Under the pieces are notes generated by a model. That model saw nothing but the letters and a program-made list of their open reading frames with translations, searched no databases and was not told where the DNA came from. A program made the translations under genes and the position numbers. From contig NC_043006.1 of the NCBI RefSeq assembly GCF_006345805.1, positions 92,628,001-92,692,000 on the forward strand: 64,000 bases of DNA, read 5' to 3'. This document shows positions 12,526 through 25,764 of the stretch, piece after piece. The DNA comes from Octopus sinensis. Lineage: Eukaryota. Numbering within the stretch: the first letter of the stretch is position 1; each line of letters begins with the position of its first letter.

Positions 12526-12814
12526 AAGAATGGCGACGTATTTTTAGATTTCGGTTTAGACGTGTGAGATTTTTAAGTGTCAGAATCTTTAGATCTAAAT
12601 TTGTTGGACTTTGATGACGTTGGGGCAATTGAGATTGAGGAGGGAGAAAGACGGAGTTGTTGAGGTTGGTCTCTTGTAGTAGTACTAGTGGTAATAGTAG
12701 TATAGTTGTCGTTGAGTTTAAAAGAGTTGAAATAGTGGTGTTGAGTGAAGGCGAAAGGAGTGGTCGAATTTGGTTACAGACAGAGGTAGATAGGAGTGGG
12801 AGGATTACTGGGAG

Positions 12815-12860
<46 letters not shown>
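12815..12860. repeat. (AGT)n microsatellite
   Basis: Directly visible. Confidence 0.97.
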
Positions 12861-13189
12861 AAGTTATAAGATCGTATCAGTAGTGACGACGTCGCCGAAC
12901 ACCATGTTGGTGAATCTATGGCGTTATGGTGGCTTAGAGGATTTAGTTGCTGTGTTCGCAGTTGTGGCTGCTGTTGTGGTAGTTGGTATTGTTGTTGTTA
13001 TTGTTGTTGTTTTCGCTGCTCTTGCTCATCTTCGACTGTGGTTGGTGGAAAGATGTGTGCGAGTTTATCCGTGTGGTTAATTATGGTAAGATACGAAGGA
13101 GTATTTTGCTTTAGTTTAAGCAGTACTGATGCTTCACATGCATCCCAGCATGCACTGAGGATATCGTAAAATTCAAACCAGTTTGGGTG

Positions 13190-13740
13190 TTGTCACTTAT
13201 CACGGTAATAGTTCCAGTGAAAGCGAATGGTTTGGAGGTGGTGGTGTTTCTTGTTTCTGCTCACAAGAAACAAATTGGCAATGACCGTAGCATGACCGGA
13301 GTCGCACAAAGGTTCCTTGGTCGTGACTCTAACAGTTTCATGAGTGGTGGTAAAGAGAAGGGTCAAAGTGTTGCTACCTCTTGTGGGGTGGGGATCAGTT
13401 TGAATCCAGCAATATATCAGGGGAAATCGTCTGCACATTGCGGTGAACTAAAAGTTTCCCAACAAAATTCAGGGTAGTTGAAGTCACCAGCAATGAAAGC
13501 ATAAGTGGCTGCTTTCCTAGATGCAGCCTTGGGGATGTCTAAAAGATGTGTCTTCAGGGTAATTTGGTGGGTGATAGACAACTCCAAGTAACAATGTTGA
13601 CATTCTTCCGTGTATTTCGCAAAGGAATATCTCTCCATTTGATTGATTCAAATTATCGCAAGGAATTGCTGAAAAGCTTGATCCAATGTCGACCAACGCG
13701 TCTCCCCCATGACGATTAGCAAGACCTTGTAAATTTGCAT
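13190..13740 (-). mobile_element. Decayed apurinic-like endonuclease of a CR1/Jockey-group LINE
   Basis: Minus-strand motifs NRHGGDAL, IAGDFNYPEFCW, PTRGSNTLTLLFTT and DSGHATV (an SDH variant). Confidence 0.8.
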
Positions 13741-14343
13741 TTATGTCTTCATAGAACTATTTTGTAGTTACAAATACTCGTCGACAGAGCATTGCAAACT
13801 TTCCTGATGTACTTGTTGCTCAAATATATTCATATACATCCCTGGATAAACAGACACACACACACACGCGCGCGCACAGAGGCATATATCGTCAGTAGTT
13901 CATGTGTCCGTAAAAGAAGTACACTCTAAATAGCATTAGAGCAGTAATATATTTTTAGGAAATCAAAGTTTATGGTTGGGGAGAGGGTGACCATTGGTTT
14001 TGCACCTATAAGGCGTTTAGTAGTGTAGGCGACTCGTTAGATCGACGAGTCTAACGTGTCGGGTATACTACTGAGCGCTTTATACTTACGAAATCAAAGG
14101 TCACTCTATGACCGGTCATAACCTTTAACTTCCTAATATACACACATACATATACATGCACACATACATGCACACACCCATATACATATGTTTTTGGCAT
14201 GTGATACAATGATAGGTTCGCGAAACTTTGTCATATGAAGCTAACTGTTGTTAAATATATTGAGTACTACATCTTTCCATTGTTCAGTCATTAGAATAAC
14301 ACATAATAACATATGTCAGCGTGTCTATTATGTACGTGTGTAC

Positions 14344-14384
<41 letters not shown>

Positions 14385-14385
<1 letters not shown>

Positions 14386-14510
14386 CTCCCTGCTTATTTC
14401 TGTTGAAGAGCGTAGGCACGAAACGTAAAAGACTGTCACTTCCCGAGCGTTAAGCTAATACATCTGTTTGTTGTTTACACACCCGTCTTCGTCTTTTGTT
14501 TCTTTACACA
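14385..14510 (+). mobile_element. Penelope-type pLTR fragment with a variant hammerhead
   Basis: ttt-CTGTTGA-AGAGCgtagGCAC-GAAA-CG-TA-aaa, located after (TA)n. The same family occurs inverted at 54290-54455. Confidence 0.6.
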
Positions 14511-14730
14511 TCGTTTTGCCACCCCGCTCACTAGGTAAGCAGGCTGACATTACCCATGTTCGGAAGAGTTGTCTGTCTAAGAGCTCCCCATTTAGAACTG
14601 AGTGTAACGACGAAATTTGGAACGAAGTGTTCTACTCATTCCACCACTCGGGCCAGCAATGGAACACACGATCTAGCGATGGTGAGTGCAACCCTATGAC
14701 CACTAGGCCACACGCTTTCACACACACAGA

Positions 14731-14782
<52 letters not shown>

Positions 14783-17720
14783 ATGTATGTATTGAACATG
14801 AAAATCTATTTAATCTATTCACATGACATACGATGCTTTTAGAATTTGATTTTTACAATATTATTTTGCTTTATGTCTGCTTTGTTGACGATGGATGAGT
14901 TGTATATATTTAGCGTGTACAATGAGAAGCAACGGCGAACTATTTCTACTTCAAACTAGACAGCGTATCAAAAGATAAAAAAGAACTAATCTCTGGGATA
15001 TTTGAAACGTCACTGCATGAATAATAAGCGAATTGATCATTAGCAATTTTGATCACCTATGTAACGAAAATGAAACTGCTATCGATTTATTCTCTCGAAT
15101 GACCACAGCTATTGAGCTTAAAACTCTTTATCTAATAGTCACTCAAGGACATTCAGCTAAAATATCATTATAGCAATGAAATTGCCACTTATCAGATTGG
15201 AAATATGAAAGCAATTGTAAGCTATGCTGGAGTCAGTTGATAAATGATTTAAGAATTCCGTCACAATATAAGCCTAGATCTAACAATCTTCATTGATAAA
15301 TTATCTTTTAACATTCATAGGGTATGAAAATACTCATAGAATAACTGCAGAGGTCTCCGAACCATCATATTAAATGAATCATTGTTAGTGTGCGAAATGT
15401 AAGTCAACTTTCACTCTTCTACAATCGAGTCGACTTAAAAGTTCATTCTTTTTATGTGGCATATGTTACTTGTGGGATTGCTCGTTGATTTATTATCAGT
15501 ACTTTTCAACAAACCTTTACATATACATCCCTTGTGTTACACTTTGATCTGGGTAGAAAGACAGACATATAAATCTAGTAGTGGGCACCGACTGTCATTA
15601 ATGACCGTCGACATCATTGTTTGTGGCCAAACAGCCCGAAGCATGAATGACAGTCAGTGCCAAACACCCTATACCTGTGGTGGCAAGAATCAATATTCTT
15701 TGTTCGCAGTGGATTCACCTCTCTTCCGTTACATCCATCAGTTTTCTTTCTCCTGATTGATTTCCCCTCCTTGGCCAGGCTGCTTCCCTATCAGAAATGG
15801 TCACATATGACATCTTCCCCCTGGGCCAGATACTGCGGTTAATATTATTGAACGAACAACCGCAGTCGCAGTGGCCAACCTTGATAACAATACCATGATT
15901 AAAGCCAGTTTAGGAATAACAGATACGATATATTTATATCTCGGAAGATTTGTTCTTATGCGTCCCTGAGCGTGAGTTTTTATGTATAAAATGTACTTAG
16001 AAATGTTGCTTTATTAAAAGGTAACTCTTGACCACTGCGCACTGGTTCCCTTATTGTCAACTGAGGGTTTTCGAAGGATAAAATCTTACATGTACACACA
16101 TCGACTTTTAAGGTCCATCCTAAAGTAATCTGCTTGCATGGAACTTGGTTACTAATTGTGTACGTGCGTATGAATGCCACATGGATTTCTGATTGAGACT
16201 TCCTGCGTATTTCTTCCTTTGTATGATTTCCTTAGTTCAAATCTCCACTTATCATGTTCATTGTTGCATTCGTATGTAGTGACGTAAATTCAATAGCTTT
16301 ATCCAGTTATGTTTAATATCTTATTCCGTTGGACTTCACGAAGATCTCCATATTAACGATCTTTCATAGATATTCTCATAACTCTTTATTCCTCCCAATA
16401 AATTCTCCCTAATTTGTGTTGGCAATCATCAAAATATTGTTCCAAGATATTTTCTACATGCTGCAAATCCTTTCAAAAGCAGAATGACGTGAGCTGATTG
16501 TTGCTCCTATTTGATTTAAGTAATTTATCTTAAAAACAACAAAGAAACCATTTAAAACAAAAAGGGACGCATATTTTACCTTCTTGAAATTTGAATGCGT
16601 AAAACAAAAACGAAACTTTCTTTCAGAAAATGTTTAATTTGCTTGAAATGCATTAATGAAAAGCCGTGTGCGGTGTATAGGCACAGGTGTCGATGTGTCG
16701 TTAAGAACCTCGTGATTTGTAACCACGTGGTTTCGGTTTCACACCCAATGAGCGAAAACTTGGGCAAGTCTCCTCATCTCCCGATCGATGAATGACTTGT
16801 GAGTGAATTTGGTGGATGAGTAAAAGACCATCAGAACTTCCCTGTACAAAAAGACAAACTTGACCTCCGCGTTGTTTAAATACAGACAACAATATCAGTT
16901 ATATGGCTTGTTCGGTTAGACATTGATGATCTAAATCTTTTCATACTAACAAGCAACCTTTCTTAAATATAGGGAATGCTAAGATCGAAGCAAGGCTTCA
17001 ATCCATATCAGCCCCCAGTAAATTACTGGCAAGTCATTAGCTACCACGGAAGACGGGAAATCAATGTTGTTACCTGTAAACTTTCTCTGAAAATCTGTAC
17101 TAACCTGACATCGACTGGTTTCTGTATTTTGTCATTTTTAATTATATAAATATATATTTTTTACTTGTTTCTGTCACTTGACTGCAGCCATACTGGAGCA
17201 TCGCCTGTTATACATGCCCAATGAATCATTTTGTGGATGGGATCTCTCGTTCATTTCGCCCCCACTAATTAAATATAAATTATTTTATCACCCCAGAAAC
17301 AAACAGTGAAACTCAGTAGCATATTCAGACAAACCTGAAAGTACGTACCATATACTCTAAGGCAGGCATTTTATCCGGCATTTTCTTCCCAGTTTTGCAA
17401 GTACTGAGGCTGATTAATATTCACGTAATTTTAGGTTTATTAAATACAGGTTCACTTGAATTTATCCATCAACAATGATAAATATTTAATATGTTGGTAA
17501 TATTTATGTTCATAAATACTTAAAGATTTACATTGAAAATGAAGATTCAAAAAATTTACGTCGCACAAAACCAGGAGTAGGCAGACCTGCTGGTATACAT
17601 ACATACATACCTAGCTACTTACTTACCTACTTACCTATCAACCTACTTACCTACTTACCTACTTTCCTACATACGTAACTGTGTATAAACACACATACAA
17701 AAGTTAAAAGGCCGTACATA

Positions 17721-17780
<60 letters not shown>

Positions 17781-17802
17781 ATATATATTCATAAATGTAT
17801 CT

Positions 17803-18185
17803 CTTCTACTCTAGGAACAAGGCCCGACACTTCTGGGGAGGGGGCCTGTCGATTAGATCGATCCCAGTACGCAAATGGTACTTAATTTATTGACCCAGAA
17901 AGGAAAAGTTGACTTCGACGGAATTTGAACTGAGAACGTAAAGACAGATGAAATACCTATTTCTTTACTGCCCACAAGGGGCTACACACAGAGGAGACAA
18001 ACAAGGACAGACAGACGGATTAAGTCGTTTATATCGACCCCAGTGCGTATCTGGTACTTATCAACCCCGAAAGGATGAAAGGCAAAGTCGACCTCGGCGG
18101 AATTTGAACTCAGAACGTAACAGCAGACGAAATACGGCTACGCATTTCGCCCGGCGTGCTAACGTTTCTGCCAGCTCGCCGCCTT
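17803..18185 (-). mobile_element. Dimeric SINE family B
   Basis: Two successive core blocks (..ggaatttgaactgagaacgtaa.. and ..ggaatttgaactcagaacgtaa..). The head aaggcggcgagctggcagaaacg begins at 18185. Confidence 0.9.
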
Positions 18186-19086
18186 ACCGTCATAAATATA
18201 TCTTATCTATCTATATGTATATTCCATGTAAATGAATATGTGTGTGTGTTTAATTCACAATATATAGATTCAAGCAATGCACGTGAATGTATTTTACAAA
18301 CGATTCGAATGTACAGAACGCTCCAAGAGAAAACCATAAGAAGTGTATCAATTGATAAATGAGAGAAATATAAAATTGATTTAACCATTGGAAATATTTC
18401 ACAAATTAAAACATGCAAAGATAATTTATTTTGTTTTATTTTATAATAATTAATTAATTACTTACATGTCTGCTTTAGTATAAACGATCTTTTAAATTAA
18501 TGCAGATATTAAACTAGCACATCGATTAAGGTGGGGAAAAACCTGCGTTAAATGATAATCTCTCGACGAAACGTTTCAGGAACCCAAAGGCAATATTTAA
18601 AATGACCTTAGTATCTTTATTAATTCATTGTATTACAAGCTAGTAAATATTGACCGTGAACCAGTAAAATTAAAAGTCAGGGAAGCAATAACGATATAGT
18701 TCGTATGTGTTCCCTTCTGATTCTGAAATTAGGAATTATACGACTGTTCAAAACTTCTACAATTCCAGAGGAAATTGGTTTTCATGTCAGTAGTTTGGTA
18801 TTATTTCTTGTTCAAGGATGAAAATCATGTTTTTTGTTTCGATATACAAAGAAAGTTTCCGCAAATGTCACCTGTTTGTGTTCTGTATGAGGTGACGCGT
18901 TGGGAATAATTTGTTTCAATTGTATTTTCACTAACATTGTATGATTGTCGTGCTTATCACAGCTTTGATGTAATTTTCGTGATACCAGTTTAGGCAACTG
19001 CTTAATATTAAACTGTTACTGTTGGGAGGAAAATTGCTCAAAATATTACGTTACAATGCTTCTTTTTATGTGGATAGATATTTTAA

Positions 19087-19621
19087 AACGCTATTATTTT
19101 GGAGTAAAATTGTTTGCCAACATAACATGGCAGGCCTAGTTTAGGACGACAGTTGCTGTAATTTAACCCCAGGAGACATCGTCTCCAGTTGGCTATACGA
19201 CACGATCTGTGTCCTTATATTTTCGAACAAGGGAATGTAGCACCCACACCCAGCTCAAAACAATATCTGTGTATCACGATTTCCGGGCTATTTCCCTTAA
19301 TCAGCACAGAATCATTAGAAAATTATTATTTTTAAATCTCACAACGAGAAATATTCAGCAAAAGTATTTTGGAGTAAAGATTGTTTGCCAACAAAACATG
19401 ACAGTCCTGGTTTAGGATGAATGTTGCTGTAATTTAGCCCGAGGAGACATCGTCTCCAGCTAGGTATTCGACACGATCTGTGTCCTTTTTCGACCAATTA
19501 ATCTAGCACCCTCACCCAGCTCAAAATATGTTATGTTGGCAAACAATTTCTACTCCAAATACTGTTGCTGAATATCTTTCGTTGTGAAACTTAAAAGTAG
19601 TAATTTTCTAACGCTATTATT
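19087..19621 (-). mobile_element. Non-coding 270-bp-unit partial-tandem element with hammerhead motif, inverted end and 12-bp flanking duplication
   Basis: Direct repeat 19095-19260 and 19365-19527 (offset 270); inverted repeat about 19315-19399 versus 19529-19611; AACGCTATTATT at 19087-19098 and 19610-19621. Confidence 0.82.
19266..19310 (-). ncRNA. Type I hammerhead motif with one core substitution
   Basis: TCTGTG-CTGATTA-AGGGaaatagCCCG-GAAA-TCGTGA-TA-CACAGA. Stem I is 6 bp and stem III is near-palindromic; the core carries G8>U. Confidence 0.7.
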
Positions 19622-21474
19622 CTGTCTTACCGAATTATGTTCCGTTATTTTGAATCGAAATTAACTTGTATTTATGCACATATCGAATAGGTAGTGTTTG
19701 TTTTCAGTTGAGAAATATATTCATCTAAGACTATTTGGGATGGTATCGAATAATCTTCACCCCTCGAAAGAGTTGATGTTGCATGCAAATCAGATGCAGT
19801 CATGTTTATGTTGTATGTTTCTTGATACCGATCAAATTGTACACTTTTAATTAACCCCAAACACAGCTATAAGTCGTGTAGATCTACGATACACAATCGA
19901 AATATTCATTATCCGTAGATTTGATTTGAATGATATTGTCTTTTTAAGAGTCACCCCGTGGAAAATGTTTTGATACCTAACCTGCATGAAGGATTTTCTA
20001 AGTAAATATGAATATCGAATTGTTACAATGTTTGAACGCATTGTTTTTCAACCTGCTCAAAACACTTGATACGTCATCGAAAATTTCTTTGAACTCTTCA
20101 AAAGAACTCAAATATTATCCTGTCACATTTATCATCATTCGTATTACATAAAACAGTGAATCCATCGACGCTATGCATAGCTATTTTATCAAACCTAAAT
20201 CATATTTAAATATTTCGAGAATACATGAATGCACCATTTCACAGACCTGACCCTTGTATTCACGCTGACATAGTATATATTTTAACAAGATTCACCATAA
20301 GTCAGAAACAATGTTGTTGTATTTTGATATGATTTCAAGAGATGGTAGTTAACTTCCACTGGACTTTATTCACATTGATTCATTACATAAAGGCAATGCG
20401 TTAATTACATTGACGACCAGCATTTGCCTGGCGCATATTTATCTCGACCCTAGACAAATGAAAAATAAAGTTGATCACGACACGATTTTCTCTAGTGATA
20501 CTCCAAAAATAATTGACCATAATTAAAATCCTACGAGTCGTTGTTCCGATATTCCAAAGAATCGCCCATGCATAAAGAATGCAACGGCATGAAATAGGGT
20601 GAATCTGAGATTGGTCTTCCACGTGTTCTGCAACTAATTTCATACGGCATGATTTATTATATTAATTTTTCCTACAAAACATATCTTGGATGAATTTAAT
20701 GTTTAAATCAGAAAATATCTAATGATATGCAAAACTGTATTTGGGTGTCTATGTATGTCTGTGAAATCTTACGTGTATATGTATGTTCAGCAGTGTGTAG
20801 TCGAATATTATCTATTCTAGGATATTCAATGAAATTCTTGTTTCCTGATAGCTTTTATACCTATGTTGTTAAACTAATTTAACAGACGACTGTTCTCTTG
20901 AATAACAGCATGGCGACTTTTTTTTTAATGAACTAATTTCTGTAGAATATTTAAAACTGATATTTCTTGCGAGATGTAATATGTTTTCATTATGACCGGC
21001 GAATTCAATCTTAGCATATTTTCCTAATTAGCGTTTAATTATACTATGCGATGAAACAGATAAAAAAAAACTACGTTAGTAATTCAGTACAATAGCTGAG
21101 CAATATTTCTAAAAACATAAAAATATGCATTCAAATAACTATTTATGGGTCTCTACTTAGGTTTATTCATAATTGCAGTTGAGGGTTAAAGTCTCACAGA
21201 TGTTTAATGATCAGAAAAAAGAAAAAACATTTACACATGTATACGTGGTTGTCTATTGTATTAAATACCTTTCACGTCCATATTTCTAGCGATACAATAC
21301 AGCACTTAATTGTATAAGAATGTCTTTTAGCTTCCATTGAATAATGGATAGGTAGGACTTTACCAAGTTTTACTTTCCCAATCACGGATTCTTCATCGAA
21401 AATAATCAATTTTTTAGGCAAGACGAATCGTTGTGCAATTGTTCGATATGATGATTGATTTAAATTGCACATAC

Positions 21475-21505
<31 letters not shown>

Positions 21506-21699
21506 CACGCGTAGGTACATGCATACAACTCACGCACGCACTCGTCCACACAGACATACATACACACATATACACACAACATACCTTCCCCCCGTAAAAT
21601 AAAATATATATGTATCGATTTTACTGATTTTATTACATGTGTGTGAATACGAGTATATTATGTTTCTATGTGTATATTTGTTGATATATATCATATTGG

Positions 21700-21906
21700 T
21701 TTCATATTTTGGCACGTGGCCTGCAATTACGGGTAAGGGGAAGTAGCTTTCATCGACCGCAGTACTCGACTGGTATATATTTATCCACCCGAAAAGAAGG
21801 AAAGACAAAGTCCATCCTGACAGAATTTGAACTCGGAACGTAAAGACGATCGAAATGCTGCTAAGCATTTCTCCCAGCGGGCTAACGATTCTCCCAGTCC
21901 GCCACC
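21700..21906 (-). mobile_element. SINE family B, degenerate
   Basis: Contains ...cagaatttgaactcggaacgtaaagacg..gaaatgctgctaagcattt.. Confidence 0.8.
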
Positions 21907-23169
21907 CTTTTTGATGTATAATATTTAAGACATTTTCATCGAAAATGCAGTGTTTTTCGCTCTTTGTTTGGTTCGCTGGATTACAGTAAGAGACCAAGTT
22001 GCATTATCACCCTAATGACTGTACGAATTGTAAGTTCTTTGACAAGGATAATTCGTTTAAAGTTTTCGACTGTCTTCGGGATAAACATTTTTCAACAGAA
22101 TTGCATATCCCAATAGATATTTAGCTTGCAAATGACTTCCTCTCAGTTTAAAGATATCATCTCTCTGACAGCTACCAGAAGCAGTTATAAGCGTGTTAGA
22201 ATGATCGCTAAATCAGAAACATCACTATAGTGACACACACACACACATAGGCACATCGATAAACGTCTCTTAGAATGCCTGGATTGTTGAAGCAACCAAC
22301 AGAAAGATGATAAATTATTTTTGGAATTCCTGACTCTCTTTATACTTATGATATGCAAGATTATGGAGTGGAAAATATGATCTCTGCTCATGCAGTCTAT
22401 TATGGAACTTTGCCCCAGTGGGACAATATATTATTTGCGAAACATTACGTAAGTTCAGTCGAGATATACATTATCCTCTGAGATCGAAATAATTTTCTGG
22501 CGGTTTGACCTTCCATTCCTGTTGAAGGGAAATTGCATTCATTAAAAAATTGTAGGTCACCTAAAGAGCGAACAACAGTCGCTTTATCATCCATTTGCAC
22601 AATATTACTCATGCTTGAGGAAGTTATCTGTATATATGTGCAATACATAGATACATATTTATTCATATCTACATATATGCACCACACACAAAGACACAGA
22701 CACAAACACATTATATATGTGGGTGTGGATGTATGTATATGTAAACTGGATAAGGTCTCCATGTCATGGATTCTACTTTTATCTATGCCATAAACAGTCT
22801 AACCTCATGTAATTATTTAAACATTTCATCAATAATTATTGCCATTTTTCACATGTTAGTTTAAAGATGGTAACCAAAAGTTAAAAAGTTAATTGGTATT
22901 ATATTCGCAAACCCATCAGGAAAAATAGGAAGATATTTTTGATTTTTAACTATCATTTATAACTTTTGTTTACTTCAGCTTTCTGAACGAGAGAAAACAT
23001 TCAGTTAAATATCGGTCTCGTCTGTAGCATTATATATCTATATAAGGTGCTATACGGGTATATCTACGCACGCATATATGCACATGTAAACATAGCGAGT
23101 TAGGTATATACATACATATGCATGTGTGCGTGGTGTGTGTGTGTGTTTGTTTGTGTGTGCATATATATT

Positions 23170-23317
23170 TGGCTGTGTGGTAAGACGTTTGTTTCTCAGC
23201 CACATGGTTCCGGGTTCAGTCCCACAGCGTGATACTTTGGGCAAGTGATATACCCTTGGAACGGCGAAAGCCTTGTGAGTGGATTTGGCAAACGGAAACT
23301 GAAAGAAATCCGTCATG

Positions 23318-23320
<3 letters not shown>
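23170..23320 (+). mobile_element. SINE family A head (tail absent)
   Basis: ggctgtgtggtaag..ccacatggttccgggttcagtcccacagcgtg..ggaaactgaaagaa, then (TA)n. Confidence 0.85.
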
Positions 23321-23396
<76 letters not shown>

Positions 23397-23399
<3 letters not shown>

Positions 23400-24432
23400 C
23401 AAACATGAACAAGAAAGTAAAAAACAGCAACACGAGGACGTGGAATACATACAGTGTTATTGGACGCTCAGGAAAGGAAAGAAAAGAAAGAGGATTTCAC
23501 ATTTCGAGCGGAGTTCTTCATCAGAAATATAGAAAAGTCCAAAGAAAGGAAGATGGAGGAAGAAAATCACCAACGAAACACACGGTCACATGACCGGAAG
23601 AGAATGGGTGAAGAAAAAGTTCTTTCAAAGACAGGAAAGTGCAAGAGAAGAAGGTATGTGTGTATGTGTGGGTATGTGCGTGCGCGCGGGTCGGTGGTTA
23701 TGTAGCTGTGCATTCCTGTGCGTGTGTATGTGTGTGTATGTACGCCTGTGTGCATGTGTGCGTGCGCATGTGTGTGTGTATGCGTGTGGGCGTGTATATG
23801 TGCATGTATGTGTGTTGTATGTGTGTGGGCGGTATATGTGCGTTCATGTGTGTGCACGGGTGCGTGTGTTTTTTCGTGTGTGGATGTGTACATATTTGTG
23901 TGTATATGTGCGTGTATATAGAAATAAAAATTATAAACTATAAAAAATAAGGTCGAAAGGGAGTAAAGAAGAAGTTAATGTAATATAAAATGGCGCAATT
24001 AGAAACAAAAATTGAAATAAAGTGGCTATGTTGCAGTCAATAGAAGGAGGGGTTGTCTTTAGTCAGAAGGGGATAGTTTTTCGTAGATTAAAAATGTACC
24101 ACTGTTCCAGGCGGAGTCGCGTGTGTGTGGATCCGTGGTGCAAAGCGAGGCCAAAGAGGGAGATGTTAGAGGGGGAATGGTTGGCCAAGCGGAAGTGACC
24201 AGCAACGGGGATATTCGAACGTAGCCGAACTTCTCTTAGATGTTCGTTGAACCGGTCGGCCAGTCGGCGGCCAGTCTAACCTAAATATAGTTTACGACAG
24301 TGGTTGATATCTACTACAGTATATAAGTCTAGAAGAGGTGCAAGAAAAGGAATTTGTTATGCGAAGAGTGTGCGTATTGGCTCCAGTGAGAGAAGTAGTG
24401 TTGGTGATGAAGGGGCAGGTGTGGCAGCGGGA
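23397..24432 (-). mobile_element. 5'-truncated Penelope-like (Neptune-type) retroelement: GIY-YIG remnant plus pLTR with a degenerate hammerhead
   Basis: A GIY-YIG remnant (24037-24432) is followed on the minus strand by a 3' repeat containing ATTT-CTGATGA-AGAACtccGCTC-GAAA-TG-TG-AAAT (23494-23528). TA tracts flank both ends. Confidence 0.85.
24037..24432 (-). pseudogene. GIY-YIG endonuclease remnant of a Penelope-like element
   Basis: Reads RCHTCPFITNTT..FSCTSSRLIYC / HCRKLYLG*TGRRLADRFNEHLREVR..PVAGHF..HTRLRLEQWYIFNL. It has a Cys-rich linker, LIY and YLG motifs, a frameshift and stops. Confidence 0.88.
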
Positions 24433-24470
24433 TATATATAAATACGCAGGCAATATGTATATATATATAC

Positions 24471-24763
24471 GTGGAGGCGCAATGGCCCAGTGGTTAGGGC
24501 AGCGGACTCGCGGTTTCGATTCCTAGACCGGGCGTTGTGAGTGTTTATTGAGCGAAAACACCTAAAAAGCTCCACGAGACTCTGGCAGGGGGTGGTGATC
24601 CCTGATGTACTCTTTCACAACACTTTCTCTCACTCTTTCTTCTGTTGGCCTGCTCGCTTAGCCAGCGGGGTGGCGTCATTCGAAGGCTAAAACAATGCGA
24701 ATGCATTGTGACCAGCGATGTGTAACAACATCTGATGGTCTGGTCGGTCACGTGATCACGTGA
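24471..24763 (+). mobile_element. tRNA-derived SINE family C
   Basis: A-box tggcccagtggttagg and B-box-like gtttcgattcc. It lacks 14 bp between CGCGGTT repeats relative to the 25387 copy. ATACGCAGGCAA is duplicated at 24442-24453 and 24777-24788. Confidence 0.88.
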
Positions 24764-24945
24764 TATATATATATACATACGCAGGCAAAATAGAAAACAT
24801 CAATATAATATAAGACTTATTGAATTACTAATTCTCACGATAGGATACAAGGGAATAAATATTCACAAGTTACAACACTGAGTCCAGTGGAAAGTTTGAA
24901 ATTATAACATTAAAACGACATACTTAAAATACGAAGATAATGTTC

Positions 24946-25031
24946 CATCGACGGGTCGTTTCGGAGACGTGTCAGATAATATGACATAAATTTCATATTT
25001 TAATGAAACAGACACTTCCCTCATCAGGATG
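24946..25031 (-). ncRNA. Type I hammerhead ribozyme motif (intact core, long stem II)
   Basis: CATC-CTGATGA-GGGAAGTGTC..(AT-rich loop)..GACACGTCTCC-GAAA-CG-acc-CG-TC-GATG. All core positions are canonical and the cleavage triplet is GUC. Confidence 0.82.
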
Positions 25032-25214
25032 CTTCACAACACGAAAGACACAATGATAGCAACATATATTTTTTTCTGAAATTGGCTAGAATATAACGAA
25101 GTAAGTTGTCCTTCGATTCTAGCCTGTTTTGGGGGTATTGTTAAAGTTAACAACCTCTATATGAAATTGTATAATATATATATATATATAAAACATATAT
25201 ATTTACACACACAC

Positions 25215-25335
<121 letters not shown>

Positions 25336-25386
25336 TCTCTCTATATATATGTGTGTGTGTGTCTGTGTGTGAGTGTATATGTGTGT

Positions 25387-25690
25387 GTGGAGGTGCAATG
25401 GCCCAGTGGTTAGGGCAGCGGACTCGCGGTTATAGGATCGCGGTTTCGATTCCCAGACCGGGCGTTGTGAGAGTTTATTGAGCTAAAAAACCTAAAGCTC
25501 CACGAGGCTCCGGCAATGGGTGGGGGCGGTCCCTGCTGTACTCTTTCGCCACAGCTTTCTCTCACTCTTTTTTCTGTTGGCCTGCTCGCTTAGCCAGCGG
25601 GGTGGCGTCATTTGAAGGCTAAAACAATGCGAAGCGCATTAGGACCAGCGATGTGGAGCAACATCTGATAGCTTGGTCGGTCACGGTGAT
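25387..25690 (+). mobile_element. tRNA-derived SINE family C, second copy
   Basis: Co-linear with 24471-24763. Confidence 0.88.

Positions 25691-25764
<74 letters not shown>

Noticed and set aside
24471-24540. tRNA-like sequences at SINE heads
   Set aside because: A and B boxes are present, but there is no complete cloverleaf and they continue into SINE bodies.
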